Assembly: GCA_951406725.2 (NCBI GenBank) | Contig: OX597835.1 | Location: 49,042,001 to 49,106,000, forward strand | DNA length: 64,000 nucleotides | Reading direction: 5' to 3' | DNA from: Octopus vulgaris | Lineage: Eukaryota | Shown here: in pieces, positions 60,534 through 64,000 of the stretch | How the letters are laid out: every line of letters starts with the position of its first letter | Position numbering within the stretch: position 1 is the stretch's first letter | The notes under the pieces: generated by a model | Database searches by the model: none | What the model saw: only the letters and a program-made list of their open reading frames with translations | Told to the model about the DNA's origin: nothing | Made by a program: the position numbers and the translations under genes

Positions 60534-60599
60534 CATAGACAGACAAAGAAGAGAGTTAAATTGAATATAAAAACTCGAACGATCGAACATTAAGAATAG

Positions 60600-60750
60600 C
60601 AATTCTTAGCAACCAACAAGAGGACGTACACATGGAATGTAGTAGTTTAACGCACAGGAAAAGTGGAAAGAAGGGTAGGTTTTCAATGTTTCAAGCATAG
60701 GCTCTTCGTCAGAAAGGAAGACAGAAAAGTTCAGAGAAGGAAAAAATTTC
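60600..60750 (-). mobile_element. PLE terminal repeat with hammerhead 60682-60716
   Basis: cttt CTGACGA A gagc-ctat-gctt GAAACATT gaaa, then ttcctgtgcgtt. Confidence 0.68.
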
Positions 60751-61518
60751 TATCATGTCTATGTATATACATATATATGTATATACGTATATATGTATGT
60801 ATATGTGTTTGTATGTGTATGTGTGTGAATGCATATATTTATTCATGCATTCACAAGCACACACAAACACATATATGGGGGAGAGCTTTGTCCCTCCGGA
60901 CGCTGACCAGTACTATTGATTTCCTTATACCTCAACAACTTAGTGTTTGGGTACAATAAAGACCGATGAAATAAAAACAATAGAAAAAGTACTGAAAGTC
61001 AATTTGTTAGATTAGAACCCTACAAAGTGGTGCCCCAGAATGGCTTCAGTCCGAAGAATACAACACCTAAACGAATATATGCAAGCCTGACTTATCACCA
61101 CCACCACCACCCCGCCAACCCCTTCTCTCCTTACAGACAACTGTTAGTTCAACCTGCGGTTTGGCCAACCCTGTTAATAGATACAGTCTGTTCCCTCTAT
61201 ATAGCAACATATGTTATAGATTACCAGTTTTTTTCCATCATGAAATTCAACACCTGAACTTTTTTTTTCTTTTATTGTGTTTATAAAAACAAAAATGGAA
61301 AATTAACCACCAGCCGCCATTTTGTTCGGTTTACTACACTTCACTTGGTTTGGTATTGTTGTTGTTGTTGTTGTTACTGTTGTTGTTGTTAGTACTGTTG
61401 TTGTTGTTGTTAGTACTGTTGTTGATGTTTATGCACAATTCGACACTGATTGAGCAGAACTACTAATATATGAGTACGCCCGTGTACATACATGTGTGTG
61501 CGTTTACATGTGTATGTG

Positions 61519-61555
<37 letters not shown>

Positions 61556-61766
61556 ACATGTAAGTATATCACGTGTGTACGTTTGGTGCCTGTGTAACAG
61601 TGGTGTGTGCGTGTCAATGTGTGTAAGTGTGATGTCTGTGGGAGCGCACACGAGGTTTCTTTTTAAATGTTTTGAACACGAAATATGCTTTAAAAGACCA
61701 GCAAATAACTCGATAATTTGACATCACAGTGAGTAACTTTCGAGCGTGTGTACAATATATTCAGAC

Positions 61767-62006
<240 letters not shown>

Positions 62007-62280
62007 AAAAACGAATGGCTTATACTTGGCAGCTCACAGTGTTCGTTATATATTTGGTTAATGAGAGTTGGAAGATGGAAGACACAAGAATTTCTATTAA
62101 TCACGAATCGAGAAGACACATTGCAGAGCTGCTATTCTAATGAGTTATATCTAGTATCGCCCGAAGAGACACATCTGCACCAACGGATGCTACTGAACCA
62201 GTTGTTAAGTATCCAACCCGTGCGGGATCTCGTCTAGATGGCTAAAAATTGTTGTATTTCCATCTTCCGTCTGTCGCTAA

Positions 62281-62331
<51 letters not shown>

Positions 62332-62414
62332 CATATATACATATATGGCAAATGAAAGTTGGATTATGGAATATACGAGAATGTATTATATATATATATA
62401 TATATGTATGTGTG

Positions 62415-62461
<47 letters not shown>

Positions 62462-63134
62462 CAGCGGTGGTTTTGTATCGGAGTATCCTTATCCTAGAGA
62501 GAGTGCCTTCCAAGAGTCTGACGAACTCAATTTAACCGTAAGCAACGGGATTTTGAGCGACAGAAACACTCCTTTGCCCTTTCTCCTGTCCGTATGAAGC
62601 ACTACAGCCACGCTAATATCTAGCTGTCGAGCAGGCCAGGGGCTGGACTCGGTGTGTCCGAGGCTATTTAAGAGGGTCGCCTTATGAAAATATTTTCGAA
62701 GTAGTGAGAGCTTACCACTAACGTTCCTTGGCACGAACAAGGCGGATCTTGATTATATCAGAGACATCCGGCACCCTAACATGATTCACCATATCGCGAA
62801 CATTAGCGTTGCCACTTGTGAAAGGATGGTAGCCAAATGCGTGGGCCTTGTGATCGAAATACATGATTCCTTCCAAACAAAGTTACGTGAAGGCCATTTG
62901 CGGTTTGAACAACGAGTTTTACCGCTCCTTTGTGAAAGTATATGTGTATATGTATGTTTGTGCGTGTGTGTGTACATTGTGTGTATGTGTGTGTGCGTGT
63001 ACATTGTGCGTATGTCATATAGATGCTGTATATATATTATATATATCGCATAAGCGTATGATGAAGAGGCTCAGTCACTTGCTACAGATCTACTACTCGG
63101 AGAGAGTTAACGCTGACTGTATATATATATATAT

Positions 63135-63650
63135 GCATATTGTTATGTTTCGGGGAGGTCATTCTTTCTTTGCCAAATAAATGCACGCACTATATGTTCG
63201 TTCTTCACTCGTTTATGATAGTTCATAATTTATTTTATGTGCATTGTCTGGAAATCTTTCGTCACACATCTGTGACCTCTTCAGCGACTTTCCATCGACG
63301 TGTTTCCTCCGATTCTGTTTAGTCCATGTTTATATATGTTCTTCTTGAAAGAATTCAAACCGATCGCTAATAAAGCGACAAGACCTTTTTTTGAGTTAAG
63401 TGAATCCCCGGTGTTTGTGAATATATGGTTTGAGTTGGTGTGTTGCTTGAGCTGTCGATGCGTACACCCAAGTGTATGCATCTGTTCACCAAAAGGACCT
63501 CAGGTGGAGAATTTTGGGAATGTCTCACAAATCTTCACTGTGCCACAAATAAATTAGATTTGGAGGATCCACGTCAGTTTCTTTTGCTCTTTCTCAATAA
63601 AACCAAGAATTTTTTGGGTTTTGTGCAAATGTTGTTGGTACATAACCTAA
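63135..63650 (-). mobile_element. Degraded PLE 3' end (endonuclease remnant plus terminal repeat with hammerhead 63246-63288)
   Basis: Minus-strand ICGTVKICETFP, LGCTHRQLKQH, KHGLN, then gtcg CTGAAGA g gtcaca-gatg-tgtgac GAAAG; downstream atatagtgcgtg..agaatgacctcccc, shared with 38440 and 54291. Confidence 0.6.
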
Positions 63651-64000
63651 TGTACCTAGGAAGATACGTACAAATGAGTATTGTATGTATTTATGTATGT
63701 GCAAAATATACCCAGAACCGTGCCTCGGTTTATGAAATACACCCCAAATAATCTCACAGACACCAATACATTCTTCATCGCAACGTAACCTAAACCACTT
63801 CTAAGACCGTAATCACCAATAGTACCACTACAATAATTTCTGTCTCAACTACCACCGCTACTACAATCAGAACTAACACAACCATCATCATCGCAACCAC
63901 AGTCGCCAAGACCACCACCACAACAACCATCACCATAACGACCATTACCATAACAACCATTACCTGAACAAACACCACTGCATAGACATACAACACAAAA

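Noticed and set aside
62460-62940. Unique GC-richer stretch as coding sequence
   Set aside because: No recognisable domain or consistent splice pair; left unannotated.

Overview
Eukaryotic, AT-rich, extremely microsatellite-dense DNA. The SINE families and repeat landscape suggest an octopod cephalopod (Octopus-like; this is inference). Almost all ORF-track entries are microsatellite artefacts. The window looks mostly intronic: there is one convincing + strand coding exon (6933-7069) and one possible in-frame cassette exon (18294-18350). The rest is transposon debris: Penelope-like elements (PLEs) of several clades, CR1-like, RTE and R4/Dong LINE fragments, Tc1/mariner remnants, a Helitron, a Helentron-type HINE, a long-TIR MITE with an 8-bp TSD, and four tRNA-derived SINE families. 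The most notable signal is about 15 minimal type-I hammerhead ribozyme (HHR) motifs in PLE-derived terminal repeats. Many sit inside (TA)n tracts and several are arranged as fold-back inverted pairs. Within one related group the catalytic-core 3-8 base pair covaries (C3-G8, G3-C8, U3-A8). A second candidate is a ~195-nt head-to-tail repeat whose start resembles an HDV-like ribozyme. All structures were read by eye, with no folding or database search.
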